DNA from: Neodothiora populina
Taxonomy: Eukaryota
Assembly: GCF_041146345.1 (NCBI RefSeq)
Contig: NW_027191410.1
Coordinates: forward strand, 496,001-560,000
Direction of reading: 5' to 3'
Length of the DNA stretch: 64,000 bases
Part shown: positions 23,360 to 33,618 of the stretch, piece after piece
How positions within the stretch are numbered: position 1 is the first letter of the stretch
How the letters are laid out: each line of letters starts with the position of its first letter
The notes under the pieces: model-generated
Databases searched by the model: none
Told to the model about the DNA's origin: nothing
What the model saw: only the letters and a program-made list of their open reading frames with translations
Made by a program: the position numbers and the translations under genes

Positions 23360-23950
23360 TGGCAGCCACAGCAGCAGTAGCCGCCGCGGTGATGTACTTG
23401 CGGTGATGTACTTGTGTACAAGAAACAGGTACAAAGGTACATTCCCTCCTCGCTGCGGCTTGCGCGGAGTCGAGAGCGAGCAGAGTGCACAGCTGTCCAG
23501 ACCTGCCCAAAGCTCCCACTCTGTCGCAGCAGAGTAGAGCTTCCCCGAATCCCATAGTATAGCAAGATCGAGAGAGCTACAGAGAGCTACAACTCGCGCC
23601 AATGATTTTTAGCAGTGCTGTAAATAATTGCAAAAGTGATTTATACATGTCTAGAATGGGTTTTGGCAGGTTTTGGCGCGATGCTCTGGATGAGTGTAGC
23701 TCTGTTGTCTATGGTTGCTTTACAATGGCATCCGAGGTTGCCGGAGTATCAAACATAGCTAAGGTAGGTAGCTGGCTGCAATGTTGCGATATATGCAAAT
23801 GCGCCTTTCGCGTTCAGCGCATTCAGTAAACACAAATTCGGGAAGATGTTTGAAGGAATTGGGAACAGTAGTTGGTTCATGAAGTGGTCAGGAAGGCGTC
23901 GCGGGTGGTTTGCCTATCCGAGGGTTTTTCGATTTATAATGCTGTCCTGT
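23360..23950 (+). ncRNA. Putative rod-like structured RNA / long imperfect fold-back
   Basis: Nested antiparallel complements, for example 23594-602/23673-81 (9 bp perfect), 23583-91/23695-703 (9 bp perfect), 23552-57/23709-14, 23534-40/23717-23, 23501-07/23763-69, 23462-68/23807-13, 23379-91/23897-910. Non-WC positions are G-U on +. No credible ORF. Confidence 0.5.
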
Positions 23951-24071
23951 AGAACTGGCATAGGCCAAAAAAGTTCCTTTGAATAGCTGTTCATCCCCCC
24001 CATTCCGCTCTTCCCCGTTCTCCCTCTCAATACTGTACAGACATCCCCTGTGCAATAACTCCATCGCTAAT

Positions 24072-24626
24072 TTACACGTACTTGCACATCATGGCAACCA
24101 TGAGGTCGAAAAGACCGATGGCCTCGACGAAAGCGAAACCCAGAATGGCGTAGGAGAAAAGCTGGCCACGGAGGGAAGGGTTGCGGGCGACACCCTGGAG
24201 GAGGGCAGCGAAGACGAGACCGATACCGATACCAGCTGTTGATGGTCAGTAAGATTTGCGTGATTCGAATATCGAAAGCAAATAGGTGTATATTTACCTC
24301 CACCGAGACCGATGGCAGCCTGACCCATACCGAGGTTCTGGGAGACCTGGACGAGGGCGTTGGCCATCTCAGAAGAGTAGGCGCGGCGAGCGACGGGGGC
24401 CATCTTGGTCATGGAGACGACGGAAGGACGCTTGGCCTGGAAAGCGGTCTGCTGGCGGAGGCCTTTAATTCGTAGAGTTAGGGATTCGTTATCTGGAGCT
24501 TCTTCTTTCGATTGATCATGTATTACCAGAGAAGGCACGCTGAGCGACCTGGGGCTTGACAGCCTGGCGGAGGGCAGGGCGGGCGGCCATCTGGGCCATC
24601 TTGGGGGCGACGATGCGAGCAGACAT
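24072..24626 (-). CDS. ATP9: Nuclear-encoded mitochondrial ATP synthase subunit 9 (subunit c) precursor
   Basis: Exons 24626-24527, 24462-24298, 24235-24072. Arg-rich presequence ending RRAY|SSE, glycine stripe [37 protein letters not shown] with the proton-carrying Glu. Confidence 0.95.
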
Positions 24627-25009
24627 TTCGACTGATGTGTGGTGATGGGATGGATGGAGGGGAGAGAGTTGTTGATGGAAGATGGATGTTGAGGATGAGA
24701 AGATCGGGCGGAAGCTTCCTTGGGACGACGAAGAGAGGTCAAGGGGAAGTCGTCGGAGCCAACGCAGAATTTTCTTGTACTGCCGGTCCGGACGGCCGTG
24801 CCATCTTCGACCCTGTTTGCGTCGAGAGTGTCCTGAATAGGCAATTTGAACGGTTGATTGTGGATCTTGGCTCTCAAAACGCGTCCGTGCTCAAGCTCAA
24901 CACGCGCATTCGCTTCCTTTCGATACACGTCGTAGAGGCTGCTTTGAACACGTCTGTACGATGGTCAATTGAACACGTCAAAGTCAAGTCAAGCTACAGC
25001 TCCATGGAG

Positions 25010-26960
25010 ACTTGCCGACAGAGCAATTGTCATCCGCTCAGTGGTTCTCAATGGCAGTGGAACTGCAGCTTCGACAAGGCGGCACACGACGCTTGCCCTG
25101 ATCGTGTCTTGCGAAATCGGTCTAATATGTTGTTCGTACTAGGCGATAGCTTCCGGCTGGGGTGGCCTCCCCGGGCAACCGAAAGCCTGGGGCTGCTATA
25201 CAGTACGAGGCTCGGCCATCGCGTCTCGTGCCAGTAGGCAATGCACATAAAGCACGGCATGGGCTTGCCCACACAAGAAGATGCGCGCGATGCGATGAGC
25301 CGCCGCTATAGTCACGCTGACATGTCTACATGGTCTCGCTGTGTTCTTCGTGGCCAATCGACCTGTCCGTCGACACCTCTTTCACTCATCCTCTGTAGTA
25401 GACCTAATTGACGCTCAGATCCCCGATCCGATGGGACCCGATTCTACGAGGATCCGTGTGCGAGGACTAAAGGTAAAGCACCTCCACACAGCACAGCAGC
25501 AAGCACTCGCGTGCGTCATCACAGACACTCTGATGCTGTTGTAATCAATTGCTCGATATAATACAACCTCTATCTGGCATTTTAGAAATCCAATCTGCTT
25601 CTAGTTCTTCTTTTACTAACAAACCTCTTCAATTTCGACGATTCGAATCGACCTTTTTTTGCTCAACTTCGTCGTCAGCTGAGTTTCCAGCAATGCGATC
25701 TCCGCGTTGCCATAAGCTACACACGCCTTGGTCGCCCGAGCTCTCTCCGAGACCAGCCGCCGTGCAATTTCACGAATTCAAGTCGGGAGAAAGTACATAA
25801 CCTACGCACTTGGCTTGCGTTATTCCTGTACGGCATAGGCATCGCAGGCAACGTGCAATCGTAGACAGCGATGCATTCCCTGCGCTCCTTTCGCGGATAG
25901 TCGTACTCGTGGTTGCGATCTTGCTAAGGTTCACTGCGCCCATGATCACAGCATAGACTCGAGACTACATAAGTATACAGTTGTAAGCTGACTGGTGGTG
26001 AACCGACTCAGTGGCGACACAGTAGGTAGGAGGAGAAAGCTAGTGCATGGTTTGTAGGTTGCGCTTCCAATCTATCTTCGAATTCCTTATCACGATCATG
26101 TTTCAGGCAAGTTTCTGTCAATCATACCTCGATGATCATCATCCCTTCCACACGTCTCGCACTGGGAAAGCATGAGAGCACATTCTTGCTCCACTATTAT
26201 CAAACCTCCTCGCGACGCGTGCATAGCTTCAAGCTTATGTACGCAGCAAGACCGCCAGATACAGCAGACATTGGGGTTCGGAACCTGTGGACCAGCGCTG
26301 CAATCCTGATATCGACCACCTACAACGACAACGCTTCAGCATTACTCTCGCGCTCTCGCCCATATAATCGAGTCTATACACAGTTGAGCGTCGCTCCGCG
26401 TGCAAGAAACGGATTCTGTTATATTATGTTGTCAAGAGACACTCGACTTCGCCCAGAAGCATTGCTGTGCGAGCTTGAAGTAGAATCCCACTCGACCAAG
26501 AAATTCAACAACATTAGAAGGAAGACGAACAAAAAAAGAAAAAAGATTCACTTACAACGTGTATGGTAGCAATCCTAGAAGCGGTCCAATTGGAAGGCGT
26601 GCCGGTATATTATGTAAGAGGAAGCACGGTGAGGAGATAGTCGTCAGAAAAGTCATATGAATCCCTCCCAAGGACGGTGAGGCCACAAACTGTGCTGCGT
26701 ACGAAAGCAGCATGGAGTCCGTCCTCGATCGCGATTGACACACGTGCTGCATCCAATCGCAGTATGCACTAGCCTTAGTGCAAGACAAGAGGCAGAAATT
26801 ATCGAGCACGAATATTTAAACAAATAGTAGGCAACACGAGCGGAAGGAAATTGGAAACAAGACGAAGACGTAGGATCAGGTGCAACGGGACTAATACTAA
26901 AGCATTGCGCAGGGATGCAGACTTAAACGAGCAGACTGGAATTCAAAGGCTCTTGAGAAG
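25010..26960 (-). ncRNA. Putative ~1.9-kb highly structured non-coding RNA (telomerase-RNA-like architecture; identity unproven)
   Basis: At least 8 strictly nested long-range helices pair 26952-26527 with 25297-25664, plus many internal hairpins. G-U wobbles consistently favour the minus strand. No credible ORF. No canonical CCCUAA template within the fold. Confidence 0.6.
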
Positions 26961-27255
26961 GTGATTCGAGATGACGTTGATGAGTATACATTGTAATATT
27001 GTAAGGTACAGTTGGTCAAATATCAAAGCATTGCGGCTCTGGCGCTGTTGTAAGTGTTAGACGCTTCTAGCCTCGGCATCTCTCTATCCGTCTCCGCATT
27101 TTGAAGGTCGACGTCAGCAACAGTCTAGTATAAAGTACCTTATATTTAGGGACTAGCGATAATAAGGCATATGCTGTACAAGAGTAAATAGTGTACCTCG
27201 GACATTGATGTACTGTAGCAGAGCCGTTACCACTGTACATTTATCATAGACCTTG

Positions 27256-28624
27256 ATGCCTCCTCACTCGTGTTACAAGCAGTTCCTTACGCCTCCATTC
27301 GCCAGGTCATTGTTCACTTCGTTGGACAGCACACCCTTGGCCTCACATCGTTGCTATCGGCTATCGAACATGTCAACGAGTAGGCGATCGTCTACCAAAA
27401 GTGCGAAGGGTAGCAAGACCATTGCAGTTCCGAGACCGAGTTCCAGGTGTGTTCGATACGCAACTGCACTTGTTATATAAGAGCTTCATGATATATTGTC
27501 TTGCTTCGCAACACTTTAGTCATTGAGCCACAGAATCAGACGGTCATGAAGTGAAGCAGATCACTTGGCTAATATCTACGGCTTAAGCGTGATCCTTATC
27601 TCTCCACAAAATCAAGTCTTGCTACTACAACGAGTAAAAACTTCGTCTTCATTTCCTTCAGCGCATGTCTTTCCAGGCGGTAATGTTTCAACCTTCCATG
27701 ATGGCGAGGTTGCGCCACAGGGAGAGTTAAGTCGGCATTTCGACAGCGAGCAATACCGGTTAGCAGCCGTAAGGGAGACATTCGAGGAGAGTGGCATCTT
27801 ACTCGCTCGGAACAATGGATTTGGTCGCTTGATCGAAGTGCCGCAGGATGAACTAAACGAAGGAAGGAAGAAAGTACATAGTGGCGAGATCGCCTTCACG
27901 AAATGGCTTTCACAGAAGGGTGGTCGAGCTGATCTTGGTGAGAGAATCCCTTAGTCGATCACCAATCCGTGGCCACTAATATGGATCCGCAGATGGGCTT
28001 ATCCCTTTTACTCGCTGGGTGACTCCATCGAACCTTGCAAAGCGCTTCACGACACAAATGTACATTTACATGCTTCCCTTGGACCGCTCTACAGTGGCCG
28101 ATGGTATTGCGAGCTCTTCAGACGAAGACGGCGCTGGTACGATGATTCCAGTTCCTACTCATGACGGCGGCATCGAACACACAGCTGCTCGTTTCTTGCC
28201 TCCTTCGACGTGGCTTCGGCTGGCTCAATCAGGACGCATCATTTTGTTCCCGCCTCAATTCTTTTTACTGCATCTACTTTCTAGATTCTTATCTCCTGAT
28301 AATCCGTCTGCCAGCACTCCAACGCCATCTGTCGAGGAGCTGACGCAGAGACGAAAGGACATGCTGGCATTTGTACAGTCGGGGAACCCGTCATGGGGTG
28401 AGAAATGCATTAGTCCAACAGTATTGGCTACTCCAAGTGGCAAACGAAGGGAAGATGGGCGAGTGGTTCTGGGTCTTGACATGCCCGGTCCTGAATTAGA
28501 AGGTAAGCGGAAAGGGGAAAGTGAGCTTGTTGTTCTCGTTGAGTTCAAGAAAGAAGGACCTCGCCGCATCGAGGTGAGGGGTAAGAAAGAGGTGCTCAGT
28601 GAGGGCAGAGAAGCCAAGCTATGA
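27256..28624 (+). CDS. Nudix hydrolase, NUDT19-like (putative acyl-CoA diphosphatase), C-terminal PTS1
   Basis: Exons 27256-27446, 27588-27937, 27993-28624. PRPSSSVILI, FPSAHVFPGG, Nudix box AAVRETFEESGI, FTRWVTP..KRFTTQMY, IILFPPQF. Ends in AKL. Confidence 0.88.
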
Positions 28625-30424
28625 TGAGTGGAAGAGTATGGTGAGGTAGTAGGTGTAGATCGCTTCACATCTCCATGCACACTTCGACATTCGGTTCCAC
28701 TTCAGGCCTAATTTCTACCACAAGAAGCAGGCTTGGAATTCATGATCCCATCATCGCAGCATACAATGTACAACAATATTGGTGTATTCGATAGTATAGT
28801 CGTGAACATCACTATGTCATCATCTAGCGCGCAAGGAGTGAATGGTCAAGTAAAAGTTCATGGTGTTGCGACTTTACAAGCATGTCAACCCCTTCGTCAT
28901 GTTTTAAGGGGGGGACCCTGGACAAGTCGCACGGCGCATGTGCAATTTCATAACGATTTTTATACCCCTTGCAAGTAACATCAAGCGCAGGAGTGTGTTC
29001 ACAGTAAACATATCATTATTGATGGATTGATAGGTACATCGACCACGATACAGATCAATTTATTACAGACATGTCATTCAACGGGGGTATACAATAGCAG
29101 ATTATAGTACTCCTTTAGAGCCACAACGTTGAACCACGGACAAGACTCCGACTACAGCAATCCAATCACCTATAAGGACCTTATTCACCAGTATAACAGT
29201 TGAACAAAAAGAGAGCCGTGTAAAACAATCAACTTCAAAAGAATGAATAGCCTACCATTCCTGTCATCTACAAACAAGCATCTGTTCTTTCGTCTCGCTT
29301 ATCTTTAGCCAAGGGGGGATTTGCGCAACATGGTCTGGCTAGCATAGCCCCCTAAGGGGCAAAGCAGTAGCTTCTCACAGGCATGTATGATAATAGATCT
29401 ATACCATGGCTTGCCGGTCCACGTTGTTATCAAATTGTCAAATTTATCGATCAAACGGGTGCGAGAAACGGCTTTCTCTGTAACGTCTTGCGAAGCTCCA
29501 CCAGAGGAGGGTTTTATGCTCATGATGAGCAGTATGGGGTTGCCCTGATTAGTTAGTACAAGTAGCGATAGTTGCGGATTCGCAGATCAAAGCACTTGTA
29601 GGAATGCTGAACACTGGAGATACTCTGAAGTAGAATATTGGAAATCGGACTTGAGCTGGGCCCTATGCGCGAAATGCATTGCATAGGGATAGCTGATGTT
29701 TATGGCTATAATCTGGTGGCTTTGGGGCGCATGTAGGGGAAAGTTGCTTCGCTCAAGCGTTAAGAAATGTTTGTACACCTGTATCTTTGTACTTGGCGAT
29801 ATGCTCACCTAAGCCATGATGTGATTTTCCAAGCTGGGCTGTCAGCCTTGTAACTTTGCTGTGATCTACTTGTACAGCGATCATTTCAAGGTCCGTGGAT
29901 CCGGTATATTGCAATTGTCACACTGAAATCTCAAAGTCATAGGAAAGGTACGGGGAATGTCGGCCAGGGGCGAGGAATGCGCCGTTGGAATCTCCACGAC
30001 AAGGTGGGAAGTGTTCAACGCTCGCAGGCTATAAACGACTGTTCGATCCAATTTCGCACTGCAAAGCATTATGCAATCAAGGCATCGCATGGTCTGAAAC
30101 CGCAAGAACCGTGGGGTAATTGAGTGAGTTCGTATTGGAAAAGAGCCGCTTCAGGGAAAGCTTATCCATAAACTCCACGCTACGCCTTCGGACACACCAT
30201 AACGTTTATGCTATCGCTGCGCCAGGTGAGCTGAATACGGGCGTGAGAACGGTGTCAGCCCAAAGCAAATTTGAAACATCGGAATGTGGGTAGGTACGTA
30301 CAGTAAACCAGGTAGGAATGATGAGACAAAAGGACTACATTTCTTGACCATATGAGGCCGGCATTGCCTCTCGTTTCCTCATATTGCATCGAGGTCTGTG
30401 AGACTACAGCGCCAGGAATTGAAG

Positions 30425-31960
30425 ATGCTGTTCAGACCTGGCAAGTTGAGCTTTATTGCTCTGTTTGTCTTACTCGTATATGGCTGGACACAGTGGTCTC
30501 CATTGCGTCTGCAGTCGAAGGCTGCATTGCACCGTGGGTGGGATGTCACGAAAGGAAAGGTCGCCCAAGGCGCGTCCTTCGCAGATGATTTCTTGGAAAG
30601 AGTCAACATCATGAAGACAGAAGCGACCTCTATTGTGGATGATAGTGCAGTAGCACCAACATCGACAAGCACATCTGCACCCTCAGTGGCAGTGGACTTG
30701 TCCCAACATGATGACTCTCCCTATGCCTACGTATTCTACGTGACCCAGGACACCTATGCTTGCTCTGCCCTGGTCAACATTGAACGCCTTCAGAACATGT
30801 TCAAGACGAAACACCGGATATTCGTCCTGGCCTCCCCAGATGTATCAAAAGTATATATCGACTCTTTCGAGAAGCGCTCAGTGAAAGTGTCAATACAGCA
30901 ACCTCCTAAGCTGGCAGACGGAGGCGTCGCGTACTACCAAGACTGTCTCCTGAAGTTGCACGCCTTCAACATGCACCACATCTATCCCACACTGAAGAAA
31001 GTCATCGCCATGGATTCGGACCAGTTGATCATGCAGAACCTAGACCACCTCTTCGAGAGCTCTGTGGAGGTTGATTTGGCTGCTCCACGCGCATACTGGA
31101 TCGCAAAAGATGCAATCAGTAGCACATTCATGCTGATCAGTCTATCTGATCATCTCTGGGGCACAGTATCTGCGGCGATCGCCAATGTGACGACCGACAA
31201 GTACGACATGGATCTGGTCAACGACATCCTGGGAGACACGGTCATGATGCTCCCGGGAAGTTATGTTACACCAAACTCACACTGGGAAGACTGGAATCTG
31301 CCGAAGTGGTTTCACACCCCCACGAATGCTACGGCATACTCGACGTTCGTCGCTGTCAACGCGACCACCAAGGATGCGCTGGCGAAGAAAGAAGTGGACT
31401 TTGACGCGGCTCAAAGCATTCGTCATGGGGCTCAGGCTACTATCAGCGCCATCGCTTCCAATATAGTGAAGGAGACTTCAGTCGGAGGCGGGTCAATTCT
31501 GGACGGTCCTGCTTCTTCCAGTCCTATCAACGAGTTCGGCCGCGAGGCTGAGCAAACAAGAGGCTCTTCTGGTGACATATTTGACTACCTTGAAGATGAA
31601 TCCTCAGATGATGAACCCAACCAGGACAGTGGCTCCGAAAGCTTGGTGACTCGAGATGAGAGCGAGGATGAGGAGACCAATATGGCTGAAACCAAGGCAA
31701 TTGACACCAAGGTCGAATTCAAGTTCCAACCAGCGACCCTGGACGAGATGCAGCAACGACCATTTTTCCATGGGCTTTACTCATTGTATCCTGCGGTCTC
31801 GGTTTTGCACTTTTTCGGCCTGGGCAAGCCATGGTCATTCACCTTGGACGAAGTCAACAATGCTCGACCAGGAGCACATCCACTGTTCGTTGAACAATTC
31901 AGAGTCTGGAGGGAGACGGCACTACACGTCTGCCCTTCGGGAATACTGGACGCAGTCTGA
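30425..31960 (+). CDS. GT8 glycosyltransferase, Gnt1 (alpha-1,4/1,2-GlcNAc transferase)-like type II membrane protein
   Basis: N-terminal TM (LSFIALFVLLVYGW), YAYVFYVTQDTYACSALVN, DxD motif MDSDQLI, AAPRAYW, YDMDLVND, C-terminal HFFGLGKPW. Confidence 0.85.
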   Translation: MLFRPGKLSFIALFVLLVYGWTQWSPLRLQSKAALHRGWDVTKGKVAQGASFADDFLERVNIMKTEATSIVDDSAVAPTSTSTSAPSVAVDLSQHDDSPYAYVFYVTQDTYACSALVNIERLQNMFKTKHRIFVLASPDVSKVYIDSFEKRSVKVSIQQPPKLADGGVAYYQDCLLKLHAFNMHHIYPTLKKVIAMDSDQLIMQNLDHLFESSVEVDLAAPRAYWIAKDAISSTFMLISLSDHLWGTVSAAIANVTTDKYDMDLVNDILGDTVMMLPGSYVTPNSHWEDWNLPKWFHTPTNATAYSTFVAVNATTKDALAKKEVDFDAAQSIRHGAQATISAIASNIVKETSVGGGSILDGPASSSPINEFGREAEQTRGSSGDIFDYLEDESSDDEPNQDSGSESLVTRDESEDEETNMAETKAIDTKVEFKFQPATLDEMQQRPFFHGLYSLYPAVSVLHFFGLGKPWSFTLDEVNNARPGAHPLFVEQFRVWRETALHVCPSGILDAV

Positions 31961-33618
31961 ACCATGTCAAGAGCGAAGAAAAAAAATCCGAGAGAGAAAG
32001 TCATCTTTCGAGTACACGAAGACTTTACAGCTTTAACAAGGCTGTGATCTTATCTGATGAGCCTTCAATCATCTCTAGCCATGGCTCGCGAGTCTGGGAA
32101 CAGATCTGGTACTAGGTGGTTGAATGCGGTCGACGAGGACCCGTTGCCGACGTGTCTAGCCCGCAACATCCGACTGGAAGGCCTGCTCTCTTAATGTGTA
32201 CGCACGCCAACAACACATTGTGTTACTCGAGTCACGACGAGAAGACCAAACAGACCCGCGTCATAAAGCAGATGCTAGTGAGGATTGTTGGTCTTCTGTC
32301 TGGTATCTTCCACAGGAGTAGAGAACGTCGGTATCACTAGCTACCTTAGCGATGTTTCCTAAATGGCTGGTTCGCTAGCGGCCGGCTGTACGGGAGCTGA
32401 GTAGAGTCTACCGCTCTGAAGCGCCTTGACACGCGTACTTCAGGTGCAAGCACAAATGGCAGAATAGCCTATTACGAAATGGCACCATCGTCTGTCGTAA
32501 AACGCTTCAAGCTGACTACTAATAATGCTTCAGTCACTCCGTTGTGGTTGATGTTTAGTAAGAAGGAACATGTCTTTCACTTAATATGTAGTGATGGTTT
32601 AACCAGCACTCAGTAATGCTTCGATAGATTACTTGTCGACTAGGATAAAATCAATAATACTTCTGCTGTCACGCTTGGTCGTATCCTTGAACACTTTGAA
32701 AGCTGATGTCGAGTCGGTCGGTCTATTCTGAGATGGGGGGCATGATCTGACGGAACACTGCAGCAGCACTTCCATGGTCTTACTTTAACAACTAAGATCG
32801 AACCTTGTCTTTTCGGCATCGTGGACGAGAAAAAGCGCCCAACAAGTAACACAAGCAAGCAAGCCGTGATTGCCGGCCGAGAATATATTCTTACAGCACA
32901 ACATGGTGACGACTTGCACTTCCAAAGGCCCAAAGTCTCGTATTTAGAGTAGAGGCAAATGATGAACCGAGCACCAAAGGCACCGTGGATCACGAGACGG
33001 ACGATATTCGCCACGGACCTATTTTAGGACCATGCTTGGCCTCAAGGGGTTTAGTCTCCAAGGTACGCCGTGGAGGTATCCGGAGGATTGTCGCCTCAGA
33101 GGGAGAAAAAACGGGGTCAGGCTCGTCTTAGTGAGGATCTTGGCGCTTCGATTGTACCTCTGTACTGCTGTGAGGTGAGGTAGCACTACTACCCGAGTTT
33201 GGCCACTTCAGTCTTCCATCCCTTGGAAATGCATTCGTGATTATTACTCCTTGGTGTCGAGATTGTCCACTCTTATCCTGTCGTTCCTCTTCTGTACAAA
33301 ATTATATTATCTGTGTGTCTTTGCGAAAGTTTGAGTCCTACAACTGCATTTCACCAGACCATTCGCTTGTCGTTCTTGTACAGCTCGCTTAGTAAAAGAA
33401 AAGACTTATTCTTGTTGTCGCGCGACCGTTTCGTTGGCACAGACAACAACCACATTCCGCAGTCCCGGGACACCTCGAGCGTCTTTCGCTTCACTGTATA
33501 GCTTCCCACAGGTTCATAATCAATCACTCCATCATCTAGGCATCATACTCCATCAGGTCCCGGTGGACTGGCCCTCCAGCTCAATAACAGAGAGAAAGAA
33601 CGCAATAAGGAGTTCAAT

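Noticed and set aside
23436..23836. ACAUUCC and AAACACA resembling snR30/U17 m1/m2 motifs
   Set aside because: Imperfect matches and no ACA box at the required distance.
25620..25685. CUGACGA..GAAA on minus resembling a hammerhead ribozyme core (also CUGACGA at ~26640)
   Set aside because: Stem II register and stems I/III could not be built.
25969..26011. ATAAGT..GCTGAC..CAG on plus, like a TER terminal intron
   Set aside because: Wrong strand relative to the G-U evidence, only 43 nt, and no template upstream on plus.
26491..26555. GTAAGT donor on minus suggesting a spliced protein gene or H/ACA RNA ending at a splice site
   Set aside because: No coding frame can be assembled, the acceptor would be GAG, no rRNA-complementary pocket was found, and the adjacent U-tract is better explained as a long-range helix.
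29522..29610. ATGATGA...CTGA spaced like a C/D snoRNA
   Set aside because: No recognisable rRNA/snRNA complement, no terminal stem, and box C is buried in a local palindrome.
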